64,000 bases of DNA from Amoebophrya sp. A120 (GCA_905178155.1 CAJINV010000022.1:641073-705072), one strand, 5' to 3'. Counted from the stretch's first letter, positions 1-13,237 are shown. The notes: generated by a model not told the origin, from the letters alone. Numbers and translations are program-made.

Positions 1-1
1 G

Positions 2-619
2 ACCGTTGGCCCCCGCCTGGAGGGTCACGGGGCAGGAACGGCGACCGAAAGCCCCCCGACAAGCGCTGCTGGAATCACCCTTCCACACGGTGGCAGCCTG
101 AGTGCGCAGGGCGAGTCCTTCATTGCTGTGCACAACGACGTTTGGGCAGATGACGGATCATTACATGGGCCAGACATGAGCGCAACCTCCCGGGCCCGCT
201 TTCTGGAGCAAGTCGTGCGAGAGGATAATCCAAGTGCATACTACCCGAGGTTGTTTGTTTCGAACCCCGATTATGACCCTGACGCCCGTGTTCGTCCCGC
301 GGGCGATCGCAGCCGCCAGACGGGCGATCGCATAGCGTTGCGGCACAGGCGCACATTTCGGGGGCGGTACGCATACAGCGACGGTGGAGTTCATTCTACC
401 TCCAGCAGTGGCGGCGAGACCCTGCATTACACCACTGACTTCGACGCCACACGGGATGTCCTGAACGTTACCGCCGAGGAAGTCCATTTTGTCATCGTAG
501 AGTCGCCGACGGTTATGACGCATATTCGCTGCAAGCCGAGAAAAAATTGGGAATGCAAGCTGCAGATTTGTCAGCACAGCAGCAACGACCCTTTTTCGCA
601 GGGTCAAGGCAGGAATTGA
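2..619 (+). CDS. 3' part of a hypothetical protein, paralogue of the gene at 6902-11481; free of introners over this stretch; 5' end lies outside the window
   Basis: Frame open from nt 2 to TGA at 617-619. Translation (GGSLSAQGESFIAVH...FLEQVVREDNPSAYYPRLFVS...LRHRRTFRG...FDATRDVLNVTAEEVHFVIVESPTVMTHIRCKPRKNWECKLQICQH) aligns by eye with the spliced exons at 9626-11481. Confidence 0.8.
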   Translation, partial: TVGPRLEGHGAGTATESPPTSAAGITLPHGGSLSAQGESFIAVHNDVWADDGSLHGPDMSATSRARFLEQVVREDNPSAYYPRLFVSNPDYDPDARVRPAGDRSRQTGDRIALRHRRTFRGRYAYSDGGVHSTSSSGGETLHYTTDFDATRDVLNVTAEEVHFVIVESPTVMTHIRCKPRKNWECKLQICQHSSNDPFSQGQGRN

Positions 620-2034
620 CCCTTTTTTCGATGGTGCACCGACTACATTTTGGACTTCGACAGCATAACATTTGCTGTGCAGCTCAGCGTGGTCAGACTA
701 AATGGAGCTGCAGGTCCTGCGGGACCCTGATAATAGCACTTGTGATGTCTGCTGCTGCCAATATCCTTCAGCTAGCGGCCTTATCTTTCCGGAAAAGAAT
801 ATGATCCCAGCTAGGATATTAGATTACGCATACACGCCAGCTTTCGACGTATACGATTTTTTTATTGCAGAATGCCTTATTCCTCGATTGTGGCGCGAAC
901 GCGATCGTTTCTATGTGCATTTCTTTAAACCGCAGGAAAGCCAGCACGTGCTTCTATCATCAAGGCCGGGGCACATAGGAAAGGTTGTTTCGACAAAAAA
1001 CCTATCACAGCTTTGAACAACTAATCGAAGTATAGTAGCTGCTGTTCGGCGCTGACGCAGCAGTAGCTGTTGTGCATATACTATACTTCGATACAACGTT
1101 GTAGGTCCGATTTTTGGAAACCCGAGTAGCAGCATGTACATAAACGCACCTTGCAACAGCATGTACAACCGCACCTTCTTATAGAAAAAATTTAACTCTA
1201 TCATCACTTTGCTAATTTTGAAAGCAATATTGCAAAAAATTTCGATAATTCAGGGTTGTGCGCGCAAGCGCAGCGCGCAGCTTGATTTCATTTTTGTGCA
1301 GTCCATTCTACAACAACCTTAGACAGCACATCAGTAGGCTACTACTGGTAACTTTTAGCCAAAAAATAGCACCGCCGAGGTTCTACTTCTCGCTAGAACT
1401 TATGCGCTATGTATTTTGACCACTGCCGCTAGCCACGGTTTGATACGCACTGGGCCGACGACTATGCCATGTTGTGCTGGATCTACAGCTCCCGCAGGTG
1501 GCGCGGTGCTTGATCGACCTCGAGCCTGTTCGCGTCAAGTAGTACAAGTCCTGGTATTCCTTCGGGGGACAAAGCAACCCCGAGCGAAAGCTCGATGAGA
1601 TCATTTCTTCGATTGATATCGCCATCACCGAACTGTAGGACAAATACGCAGATCTGTCATTGTCGTTTTGCGATAAGTTTTCGCGAGATGTCAGTCAAGG
1701 GTGGACCTGCAGTGAAGATCACTGTTTCAACGAATTGCTTTTGTGTGATGAGACATTTCTTTTGCAAATATATAATTTAACACCCCAGAAATGCCAGCCT
1801 TTTAGTTTTATGCACCTTTTTGAGGCAAATATCGCGGTCGTCTACTACTTAGTTCATTTCTTATTTCTTACCTCACATAAGTGCCAGCACCGGCTTCTTT
1901 CCTTAAATATTTTGTCCATATTTTTCTCGTGCGATTTCACTAAGCGCAGAACAAGGTTTGTTCTGTCATCAGTACGCGCCGCGCTCTACTTGCCGCAACT
2001 TCAACATCTCTAGCTGTAATATACGGATAGAATT

Positions 2035-5000
2035 ATGTTCGCCTTTTTGAAGAAAAAGATGCTCGGGTCAATGTTGGGCCCATGCATCTTATTCAGCGTA
2101 GGAGCCCCTCGCGTCGCGCTGGCTGCCGTGCCAGGAGCAGCACCTTCTGGAGGAGGTCATTTTTTTTTTGCAGTAACCGGCATCGAAGATAGAGGCGCGC
2201 TTGAGGTTGTTGGGCGCAGGAGGCCGGCGCCGGCCGCTGGCGAAGATGGTGGTCGCCCAACGAGATTTCTGCGCCGGACTGTTCCTGATCAGCATGCTAG
2301 TAGCGGGTCCAGCTTTTTATGCGACAGAAAAGTACGGACTTATGTTTACCTCTTCAACACGACTGGAAAATCATTTTATTGTGTTTGGCATGCAATTTTC
2401 AGCATCACAAAAAAATTCCTGTTGTCTGTTCAACATGGCAAGCTTTTTCGGTTCTTATCGTTTTGCATGACAAATCCAAATTCCGTTGTGCATGGCGAAA
2501 ATGTATCGGCAAAATAGTTGTCTCTGCATGGCAGAGTTTTTAGCGGCGCGAATTTTGGTTGAGCAACACAAATCACACAACAGAGATTTATGTTTTTTGC
2601 TGCCATGGCGATGGCCGTACTTTTCTGTATGATAGTCTTCGACGACGCAGCCAGAGATCGGAATTGTGAATCCCAACAACCTGTGCTGGATGATCAGCTT
2701 GTCGCAGAGTTTGGTCTACATTCCGTCCCTGCACGAGGAAGCCGCGGCGGTGTGCGCGCGAAGAGATGAGGAGCAGCGATTGCTAGGTGCGAGGTCTTCC
2801 AGGACGAGCAGTGAAGATTCGCAGCAACGCAGCCCGGAAGATAACGAGAAACTCACGCACTGGTGCGCCTTCTTCCGTGCCATCACTGGTCAACAGAATA
2901 ACATTGTTGCGTACACCGATAGATTCGCCTGGAACCGGTTGCAAGGGGTAGAAGCACTTCTGCATTTTGTCGTGCAGAAGGGGAATTGGCCGGGCCTCAG
3001 AAGTTACGGGACTCAGTGGCTACAGCAGGACGCATCGGAGGGCATGAGCAGACTTATCGAAAATGTGCTGGTCCGGGAGTTACAAAATCTCTTCACTTTC
3101 GAGATCAAGGAGGAATTCTTTGCGATTGATACCCAAGGGAATCCGATCAACGTGCACGAGGGCGGTTGGGTAAAGAGCGACCACACCGGGAATGCGTGGT
3201 ACCCCGCATCGCAATTCATGCTAGACTTCGACGAGGACAGGCACACTTATGGCGTTCTCAAATGTTACATTCTCAACTGTTACATGAATTTGTAATGCAA
3301 GACTAGCACAGGTGAGAGGGAGAACCTTGCGCGTCTTGCATTACACGTTTGATCCGGATTACCGTGCTATTTAGCCTTCCGAGAATTTGTAATGCGAAGC
3401 AGCTTGATCGTCTGGCGGGTCATGGTCATTTTGCATGACAAACCATGTAACAGTTGAGAATGTCACGTTTGAGAACCCCATAACACTGACATTCTACAAG
3501 CACTGCGGAACGCAGGCTTCGAGCCAGATCACGGTGTACTAGATCCAAACGTCGACTCCCTCGTGTATGAACATGGAAAAAAATTTAAGTCAACCAGGAC
3601 ACAAAGTTTTTGATATCCAGAGCTCATCGATAGTTCATGTAAAAGAGGAGCTCTCAAACTCAACTTCTGCAGCGGGTGCTCATAAACTGCTCCGTAATAA
3701 GTAAGTATAATAGGCTTAGGCTCCTGCGCAACAGGAGGCGCTGAGATAGAATCTTGAATGTAGTTGCAGCTGCTTGACTCCTCCCAATTTTCCCACGATT
3801 CTGCAGTGGACGATGACGACCCTCGGCCGACCTGGTTGGACGGTGTGGAGACGCGGACCAGGCAGGTGCATTATGCTGTGCAAAAGTATCGCACTCTTAT
3901 TGCAATCATGCATTACAAATCTTTTCGTTATAGGGAAATCCGCATTACAAATTTTAGTTCTCATGCTGAGAAAATTTGTAATGCATTTATACGAGTACGA
4001 TACTTTTGCAGTTCATATGCATGCGCAGCGGACAATCCGAGATAGCACAGGACAACCTCGGACTATTCGCTACACCGAGTACGGCCTGCACCGCAAAGTT
4101 CACCTCCGCAAACTGCCAGAAATTTTGCCGCTCCACGTGAACAGCTTCACATACCAGACTGACGGAACAAGCAACACCAGGAAAAAAATGAAATATCTGG
4201 ACATTCCCTTTCTATTCTACATCGACGCCCAGGCGCGAAGAAATGGTCCAAGCGGCATCAACACGGAGTTTGAACGTATCAACTGTAAAAATGTCTGGGT
4301 CTGGAAGATTCTGACACTTGTCATGCACGGTTTGCGTGAGCCCTGATGTCTGTGATACATGCCCTAGCATCACAGATTTTTTGAGAGCTTCCTGTTGCCT
4401 ATTCCGCATGACAAATGCCCTCTCCGCGTAGCAAAAATTACGTTCCTTTTGGTACTCATGCAATACAGATTTTTCTGGAATCCAAATGCAGCATCACAAG
4501 TTGCAATCTTCCAGACCCAGACACTTTTGCACTTGATAGAACGTGCGCGAGTGCGAAATCCCGAGTCCCCTGAGGACGCACGCGACTACAGAGATATCAA
4601 ATGCAAAAATGTCTGGGTCGTCTGGAAAATTGCCAGGTTTGTCATGCATATTTTGAATGACCCAGGATGTCTGCGATGCATGCCCTAGCATCACAGATTT
4701 TTAGAGGACTTTGCGATGCCTCCACCGCATGAGAAATGCCCTCTCCACGTAGCACAAACTGGAGTCCTTTTGCTGGTCATGCAATACAAATTCTTCTAGA
4801 ATCCAGAGACAGCATTACAAGTTTAGAATCTTCCAGACCCAGACATTTTTGCGTTTGATAAGAGAGTGGGAAAGGCAAGTGCAGGAACGGGGCATGGACG
4901 CTGTGTCGCAGGCGTACGAATATCCTCTGCAAAAGTATCGTTTTCGTATAAATGCAAATCTCGCATTACAAATCTTTTTATTAAGGCAAATCCGCATGAC

Positions 5001-5629
5001 ACATTCCATTTCTCATGCAGCTAAGGAAATCTGTATTGCAATTAATACTAGTACGACACTTTTGCAATGCATAACGAACTGCATGCGGTGATTTTGCACC
5101 ACGGTCCAAGGGCCAATACCGGCCACTACACGGCGGTTGCGAACATCGGTACGCAGCAATCTCCGCAGTGGCGACATTTCGACGACGGGCGTGTGATAGT
5201 CATCCCGACCACTACTGGCTCTTTGTATCAAGTGCCAGTATTTGTTTGGGTGTCGAAGAAGATTGCAATGCTTGCACTATTCAAGTTTTCCATGCCCAGT
5301 GAGGTCTGGAAAAATGCGGGGCGTAGCATGACAGATTCTGTGCGGTCTTTCTCTTTGTCATGCCTGTTCTGCATGACAAACTCCTTCTAACCTTGAGCAA
5401 AATTAATAGGGCAAATCTTGGGTGTCATGCACAGGATGCATCACAAGTTAGCGCCGTTTTTCGTTTATTTCCAGACCCAGACAAATGCGCAGTGCATACT
5501 TTGAGCGGATACCTGAAAGAACGAAACGCGGAGGGAAAGACTGTATGCATGCTTCTGTACAAAAAGCCCAGGCATAGCACTGGTTTCGTGCTCTCTGGGC
5601 CAAAACCGGTCGCACAGCAGCGACGGTGA
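2035..5629 (+). CDS. Ubiquitin-specific protease (peptidase C19/USP family), multi-exon, with a hydrophobic N-terminus
   Basis: Cys box GIVNPNNLCWMISLSQSL (Cys codon 2684-2686), QQDASE box, LPEILPLHV, His box YELHAVILHHGPRANTGHYTA, WRHFDDGRV and terminal MLLYKK. Exons join in frame after removing introners 3248-3482, 3872-4017, 4277-4538, 4595-4860, 4921-5073 and 5226-5498 (each plus one TSD) and probable introns ~2318/2332-2635 and 3563-3763. Confidence 0.88.
3248..3482. mobile_element. Family E introner (235 bp; second copy 16006-16240 in opposite orientation)
   Basis: TIR TATGGCGTTCTCAAATGTTACATTCTCAACTGTTACATG; TSD ACACT. Removal restores ...DRHT|DILQAL in the USP gene. Confidence 0.9.
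3872..4017. mobile_element. Family B introner (type copy; ~22 copies, mostly ~140-165 bp)
   Basis: TIR TATnnnnTGCAAAAGTATCG(C/T)ACTCGTA; TSD TGCAT. Other copies: 4921-5073, 11295-11435, 37356-37504, 40945-41152, 43434-43578, 43595-43783, 44587-44731, 44921-45070, 46163-46326, 47229-47381, 47911-48059, 49070-49216, 51271-51418, 51500-51686, 54618-54778, 56791-56930, 57263-57407, 58166-58316, 58972-59124, 59472-59622. Confidence 0.95.
4277..4538. mobile_element. Family A introner (type copy; ~29 copies, ~235-290 bp)
   Basis: TIR TATCAA(A/C)TG(C/T)AAAAATGTCTGGGTCTGGAA; TSD GAACG. Other copies: 4595-4860, 5226-5498, 7176-7427, 7498-7753, 8526-8802, 9740-10010, 10401-10662, 13364-13625, 13706-13981, 14322-14572, 17010-17261, 43104-43372, 44122-44383, 45150-45412, 45829-46091, 46396-46684, 46931-47179, 47571-47832, 49700-49952, 49996-50256, 50770-51022, 54185-54435, 55137-55397, 56470-56731, 57464-57740, 57803-58064, 59184-59445, 60250-60483. 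Confidence 0.95.
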
Positions 5630-6901
5630 ATCTCGCTGCAATTTTTCTCCGAAACATGATCAAACGGGTTACGGTGCACACGGGCCGTCGCGCGAGGAAG
5701 AGAAAAACCCAGAAGAGGAAAAGCTGGGAAATAAAATGGTAGCGCAGATAGAAAATCAGCACATGAACCGGGTGCAGCAAAGTGGTGGTGGTGGATGAAG
5801 TCTTTACTGACCTGAACTTCAAGATGAAAATATGCCCTTGTACGAGGTCGTACTGAGCTATTTAGTATGCTGCACCGACAATAATTTTATATGTAATTGT
5901 GTTTCGGATGACATTAGCAAGTTGCTGAGATGTTATCCTGCCCTTGAGAAGTAGATGTGAGAGTCTATTAACAATTGCTACTGCAGCTGGTCGTGCTGCG
6001 TACGGCAAAGGACCCTTGCGTCATTCTGGTATCAAGGAGAACCGTTTCTGTTTCGGACAATGAAAAGCAAAGCAGGAATACAGCTGCCAGCTCTCATCAC
6101 AGCCCCCTTTTAATACCATTTGGAGGGACCGCCACTGCAGCACGCTTGTAGCCACCTCGTTGCGACGAGTTCGCTGTGTTTTGTGACGGCGACTGAAAGA
6201 AGTACCACATAGTTTCTTTTCCTATAACGAAAGCTGGATCAAAAACCAAAACTAAGAGGTTGTTGTACTAGCACGGTGTAAAAACGCTAGATGCGGTTGA
6301 AACTCCTCCAAGTAATGGGAAGATCATGAAGAAGCTATTCCTACTACAACATGATGAACAAGCGTCGGTTAATAATTTCATCGGGATAAAAATGGAATTG
6401 TAGCCACCTTCGTGAAAGACTGCAGAATCTTGAAGCTTGTGGCCGTCGAAATATGGATGTGGATCTAGAAAAATGCAAGATGGAACAAGCGCCAGCATGG
6501 GCTGGTCAGCATGTAGAAGTTGTAGCGGGATTTTTTGCTTATGTTTCCAGTGCTGGAACGTCAAAATGCAATATTTTTTTCAACAGGCGAAGATTAGCTG
6601 CATCGAAGCTTTTCAACCTCATCTTCCATGTTTTTTTTATACGATATTTTATTTCAAACTCTACAAACAATGCAATTTCTACTTCTTAGTTGATACAATA
6701 TTTTCGACATTTCCGCACACGATATCAAGATTCAATGTACTTGATTTAGAAAACTTTAACTTGTCGGCCTTGCTGAAAAATTTTGTTTTTCCTTTTATCT
6801 ACTAGTCCCAGTAGTTTGCTGCGTACAATTTCATTTTCATCATTGATTCGACTGCAACATACACACGCCTGAAGCCTGTGTCTCTTGCAGATTCAAAAAT
6901 A

Positions 6902-9900
6902 ATGAAGCACGCACTGGCATCTCGGGCGCTCCTGCTTCTATGGAGCACCAAATCTGTCCTGGTCGCCGCATCGGCCTCCAGCGACTCGTCGCACACCAGA
7001 AGCACTGACGGGCAGCAGCAGGTGAACAACCTTCAAACGGCGCAGGAGTCTCTTGCGGGAGCTGGTGCAGGCGCACCTCCCAAAGCTACCGACGATGTGG
7101 TCCTCGAACACGACAGCAGTACTTCTTTGACACCCAGCACGAGCGGCGCGGAAGGTCCCCTGCCAGACTACGCCTTATCAAAAGTAAAAATGTCTGGGTC
7201 TGGGAACTTGTGATGCTGGGTAGCGTCTCATGATGAGGCTACAAATGCTGGCTCAGCATGACAAGTTTCAGAGCTCCTAGGTGTTGCCTATTCTGCATGA
7301 CAAACTGCGCTTCTGCATCACAGAGAAGCGGAGCTCTTGGGTAACGTGCATGACAGATTTAAGAGTCATGCCAGACAAGCATGACAAACATGAATTCTTC
7401 CAGACCCAGACATTTTCACATTTGATACGCCTGGGACCGGGTTTATTCGTTCTTGGCCGGCAATGGGGTCGCGTCGGGCTCCTTCGATCAAAAAGCCTAT
7501 GCATTGCAAATATGTCTGGGTCTGGAAACTTGTGATGCTGGGTGGCGTATCATGAGGAGGCCGCAAGTCCTGGCTCAGCATGACAAGTTTTTGAGCTTGC
7601 TTCTAGGTGTTGCCTCTTCTGCATGACAAACTGCGTTTCTGCATGACAGAAAAATGGGGCTCTTGGGTAAAGTACATGACAGATTTAAGAGTCATGCCAG
7701 CCAAGCATGACAAACATGCACTCTTCCAGACCCAGACATTTTTGCATTCCATAAAGCCGACCGCAAAGCAACTGTGGAAAACCTCGAAAGCCACCACGCA
7801 AAGACCAAGCAGGCGGCTGTGGTGGCGGCCGACCCGGGAACAATCCGTCCGGCGGTTTCTCAGAAGTGGCTCCAAGCTGCGGAAATCGTGCGCGCTGCTG
7901 GCCACCGTGGCGATAGTGGTGCACGAGGAAGCCAAGCTGTGCTTACCGATGCTCATCTTGGCACCGCGACGAGAGACACCATGCTGCAGAAAATTCTGAA
8001 GCGGAAACACCGGCTGGGCCCAGAGCAGACTGCCGCGACCGCAAGCCTTGCTGCCGCAAGCAAGGCGAGTCAGACGTTTGTGGAAAACAAGAAGAAGAAT
8101 TATTTGCAAAACTGGTACAAGAACGCGACTGCAGGCACCGATAGAGCCCCCGGTCATTATCCTTTCGTCGCAAAGGGACTGTTTTCTTGCACGGTGGAAG
8201 ACTTTTACGACCTGCTCGCCGAGGCTATCCTGAGTAAAAACGTACCCACACCAGAGTCAGGATGGGGATTTTGCAACACAAACCTAGGAGTTTTGTGAGT
8301 CACGCATGACAAGTTGCACTATGCAGTGTAGTGCAGGTCAGCAAGTGCAGCCGCATCACAGATTCATCTGCTCGTCCTGTTCACAGCATCACAAATTCCA
8401 AAACAGGATTGGAAATGGCTCTCATGGGGATGCGCATTACAAGTCTTCCTGTCTTTGCAAATCTGCATTACAACTCTGGTGTGGGTACGTTTTTACTCAG
8501 GATAGAGGCTCCGGAGGACGAGATCTATCGAGTGCAAATATGTCTGGGTCTGGAAGGATGCAAGATTTGTCATGCAGGTTTTCCATGACCCGTAAGGTCT
8601 GGAATGCAGCACCTAGCATGACAAACTCTGATGTGCTGAGATCTCTACTAGCATGCCTATCCTGCATGAGAAATTTCCTCTCAACTTGGTAAAAAAGGAC
8701 GGCTGTTGGTAATGATGCAACACAGTTTTTTTGCATGATTCAGAATTAGCATGACAACTTGCAACCGTCCAGACCCAGACGCAGACATATTTGCAATGCA
8801 TAAGATCATGACCGCACTGATCCATGGCGACGTCATGCCGGGCTGGCTTTTATGCGTGGTCATGACGCCCTCATCCCAGACTTGTCGTGCTAATCTGCAT
8901 GCTCAGAGCATCTGTCATGCCGGTCCGCATGACGGGCATTTATTTCTAATCGTGTAGAAGTTTGGTACTCTGTAATGCGCGAATCACGATGAGAAAGTGG
9001 ATTTGTGATGCGTCCGGTCTACCTAGTAGGCAGGGCTATGCTACGTCGCCAAAGATGTAATGCGCAAGCGCCGAAACTTGTGGATTTGTCTAGCAGATCA
9101 TTTCCTAGCTCGACTATGGGGTGGCGGCGCTTTTCATCAGAATAGCTCTCCGCCAAGATTTTGCGCGAAAAACTCCGCCCACTAATCCAGGGAGCGCGAG
9201 CACATGGTAACCAAGAAACTGGTCGTCCTGCTCAACATCAGGAAAGCACCGCAAGCGACGGTCGTCCTGATCGCGAAGTAGATGGACCTTCGACCGCCGG
9301 TCCGTCAAGCAATGCTGGAGTGAATCCTCGAAACGGCGTATCATTTGTAAAAACGTCCCCACCCCATAGTTGTAATGCAATTCTGCATGCTGAAGATGTT
9401 TCTCATGCGGAGCCCCATGAGAAGCATTTTCTAGCTGCGTTTCGGAATTTGTCATGCTCCAATCAACATGATATGCTGGAGTTGTGATGCTGGTGAACTA
9501 GCTCAACAGGATTACACTACGACGCCAAACTTCTCATGCGCAACAGCCAAGCCTGGTGGATTTGTCTAGCAGACTTCCCACCTTGACTCTGGTGTGTGGG
9601 CCCCGTTTTTACTCAGGATACGGCGGCCGTCTGAGTGTGCAAGCCGACTCGTTTATTTCTGTGCACACTGCCTGGGCAGGGCTGCAAGCGGGGGACGACA
9701 TGAGCAGAGAATCCCGTGACCAGTTTCTCGAGCAAGTCGTATGAAATGCAAGTATGTCTGGGTCTGGAAGGATCCAAACTTGTCATGCTGTGTTTGGATT
9801 CCAAAAAGATTTGTATTGCATGACCAGCAAGAGGAGGCCAGATTGTGCTACGCGGAAAGGGCATTTGTCATGCGGAATAGGCATCAGGAAGCCTTCCAAA

Positions 9901-11481
9901 AATCTGTTGTGCTAAGTCATGCACTACAGGCATCATGAGCCTCCATGCAAAATATGCATGACAAACCGCGCTAAAATTTTCCAGATCGCCAGACACTTTT
10001 GCATTTGATGAGTCGTGCGAAATGACAATCCAAGCGCGTACTATCCCCGGCTTTTTGTTTCTCAGCCCGACGGCGCAGCGCGGTACCATGGACTGGACTA
10101 CATGGCCTTACGGCATTGGAGAACGTTTCGTGGATATCGCAGGAAAAGACTGTTTCACTGTGATGATTTTGCAAGATCTGCAACACAAGTTTGTTACACA
10201 TGGCACAGAAAATTTGCCATGCGTACTTCCCAAGGGAAAACACCAGTAAAAATCCAATGTATTGCATGTGTAGCAAGACACATAGCTGTGTGTTCCATTC
10301 CATGTATCACAAGTTCACAGTGAAACAGTTTTTTCGTGGGATAGTGGACAGCTTCGAGGACATTACACGACCAGCAAGTACAACAGCCTTTCGGTTCAAT
10401 TATCAAATGCAAAAGTGTTTGGGTCTGGAAAAATGCGCGATTTGTCATGCAGCTTTTCCATGACCCATGAGGTCTGGAATGCAGGACCTAGCATGACAGA
10501 CACTGTGCGATCTCTGTCATGCCTACCCCGCATGAGAAACTCCCTCCCGACTTGTTCAAAACTAGACGACATTTGGTAATCATGCAACACAGATTTTTGC
10601 ATGCTTCAGTCTTAGCATGACAAGTTGCATCGTTCCAGACCCAGACATTTTTACATTTGATATCAATACTCCATATGCAATACAAATTCGTTTTCGTTTC
10701 CGTCCACGTACAAAATGCATGACATATTTCGCCAACATAGTACGTAGAATTATGTAGTGCCACTTGTCATGCTGAATACGATTGAAGGCTAGTTTTATCA
10801 TGCAGAAACCCCATTCACCGCATTTGTACGTTTACGGAAATAAATTTGCTGTGGATAGGCTACGGGCTTCGATGCCACGCGGGTTCTAAACACGACCGCT
10901 GATGTGTATTCTGAGCAAAAATCTCCCGAGTCTAGAGTCTTCAGCTTGGCAACTTAGCAACACAAATCCAGAAGTTTTGGGAGTTGTCACGCAGGACAAG
11001 GTCCTCTCTGTCGTGTAGTGTGCATTTTAGCAAGGCCAGCCGCATCATAAACCCCTCTACTTTTCACCATCTTTACAGCATTGGTGTGTGAAAATGCCTC
11101 TCATGGGGAAGATGTGCATTACAAGTTGTCCTTGTCCTGTGATTGCAAATCTGCATCACAACTACCCTGGAGTCGTGGGGAGGTTTTTGCTCAGGATAAT
11201 GTCGTGAACTTTGTTATTCTAGAATCCCCGACAATAATGACGCGCATCCGGTGCAGGCCGACACAAAATTGGGAATGCAAGCTGCAGATTTGTCTATCCG
11301 GTGCAAAAGTATCGCACTCGTACTCCTGAAAGTGCTACTTATGGATGCAGAACTGCATGGCGTGAAATCCATTTTTCATGTTGAGCTAATTTGTACGCTT
11401 GTATCTTGACTGCTACGATGCTTTTGCAATGCATATTGTCAGCACATCAGCAATTTTCCCGTCCCCAGCACTGAACCATGA
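6902..11481 (+). CDS. Hypothetical secreted protein (signal-peptide-like start MKHALASRALLLLWSTKSVLVAA) split by ~12 introner-type insertions
   Basis: Frame reconstructed across inserts starting at 7176, 7498, 8226, 8526, 8851, 9339, 9740, 10135, 10401, 10674, 10907 and 11295; ends CQHISNFPVPSTEP-TGA (11479-11481). The C-terminal half is supported by the uninterrupted paralogue at 2-619. Confidence 0.8.
8226..8504. mobile_element. Family C introner (type copy; ~8-9 copies, ~280-330 bp)
   Basis: TIR TATCCTGAGTAAAAACGTACCCACACCAGAGT; TSD GAGGC. Highly similar 279-bp copy at 50428-50706; others at 8851-9144, 9339-9620, 10907-11198, 14835-15162, 36591-36887 and 40594-40900. Confidence 0.92.
10135..10343. 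mobile_element. Family F introner (209 bp; related copy 52056-52277)
   Basis: TIR TATCGCAGGAAAAGACTGTTTCACTGTGA / TCACAGTGAAACAGTTTTTTCGTGGGATA; TSD GTGGA (CATGG for the copy at 52056). Confidence 0.85.
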
Positions 11482-13237
11482 TGATGATCTGGCGCATCGA
11501 CAACTTCCATTATGAGAGTGCACCTCCCCCATCATCAAATTTGCCGTGCAAAATCCCAAATCCAAGTGCAGCCTTGTGGCACCACAGTTTGCATGACAGA
11601 TTCTGGAAGCTGCCCAAAGAATACTACACCAGGCACAGAAGGAAGTTGTCATGCACAGGCTCCACGTGTCATACTGGTGGTTGTAATGCTGTTCATGCCT
11701 CCATATGAATGAGAGCTTGGGGGAGTTGCCATATCCATCCTGCATGCACCATAAGCAACGAAGACTAAACATCTTGGAACTTCTCATCGTGAAGCTGGCT
11801 GTCCATCTTTCTCAGCGTTAAGCTGTCGAGTTTTGTTCTCAAGCACCTTCTGAGCCGCGGAGGCAGGAGCAAAAAATAAAAACCCACCGAGGTCGGGGGA
11901 AAAATAAGCCGTGATGTAGAAGCAAGTCCAAGAACTATATAATGATTGCATCACTTTAAACGGCTCTATTTTTTATACTGCTTGCACGAACTACAAAAAA
12001 TGCATCGAACTACACGTCATTCAGAACCTCAGCTTCATGTGCAACGCTGAGGTCATCTGCTTAGCTTAGCTTTTGTACTGATAGTATTTTCATCAATTTT
12101 GCTCGCTGGTTCTATCCGATAGCAGCCTTATTTTTTTTGGAAAAGACTTTGACTCAGGTTCCGCCGAAGCGCGGCGGGATTTCTGCAGGTTGAAGAGAAT
12201 GTAAAATATTGAGTCCCAGGAACAATACTTTTCGCCCGTGGCATTTTTAGTGCCAAGGAACAAGACCACTGGCGGAACTTCTGAGCTTGATACACGCGGC
12301 GTACACGACTTCTATCGCCGCTGTTGTCATCCTCATCGAAAAGCTGTGATGCCTGGCACATGTTGCGCTCGGTCCAGTAAGGCGATTGTTTTGTCGTGTC
12401 TAATATCATAGTTCATACCGCGATGTACTAGTACTACCCCATCCCTACTTCTGCCGCCACGTTGGTCTCGTCGGTCTCGCTGTTTTTTTCTCCTACTCAT
12501 TACGACTAGGTTTCTTTACGCGGTCAAAGCACCAGATGAAAAGAAAATCTACTTCAAGAATAAATCGAAATCGTGCTGTATACGCACGAAAAAAACTATG
12601 AAACGTCTGTGCAAGCGAAGCCCCATCTGTGCAAGCGAAGCCCAAAAAAACGGCCGGCGATCTTCCTTCGGAATCCAAGCGAAGTACAAGTGGATCTGCG
12701 CTTACTTTCACTTCATCAAAAGATGAATGTACCCACGATCCGAGACTGAGTATGGGATCCAGAAGATCGTCTGCGAATTTTTTACCAGAGCAGATAACTT
12801 CGTAGAGCTCACAGCAACAAGAAGACGGATAAACATTACCGTATGAAGCACATCCTCGCGGACCTGAATTTATCTATTGTGTATGTTGATGCACTGTTTC
12901 AGGTTGCAGGGTGGTCACGCTCCGCTTGTTTCGCCAACTAATTTTCCCGTCCATTTCGATTTTATGTACAAGCAGCAGCATCACACTTGACACAATTTTT
13001 TTTTTTCTACCCACTGTCGTAGATTTTCAATTTGTTATCCACCGGCGCGGTGTACTGATCTACACCAATCTTTTTTCTCTAGGTTTTGTTCACTGCGACT
13101 GGCGGTAGCATTGCAATACCACGTAGTTGTGGTTGTACTTGTTTCGGCGACCGCTGTTGAACAATACAGCATCCTATTACATTTCCCAACGAGCACTTCT
13201 GTCTGATACTAGAACCACGGCGACACAATCTACCATA

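Noticed and set aside
12606-12645. 20-bp tandem duplication TCTGTGCAAGCGAAGCCC
   Set aside because: Isolated two-copy intergenic duplication with no further structure.
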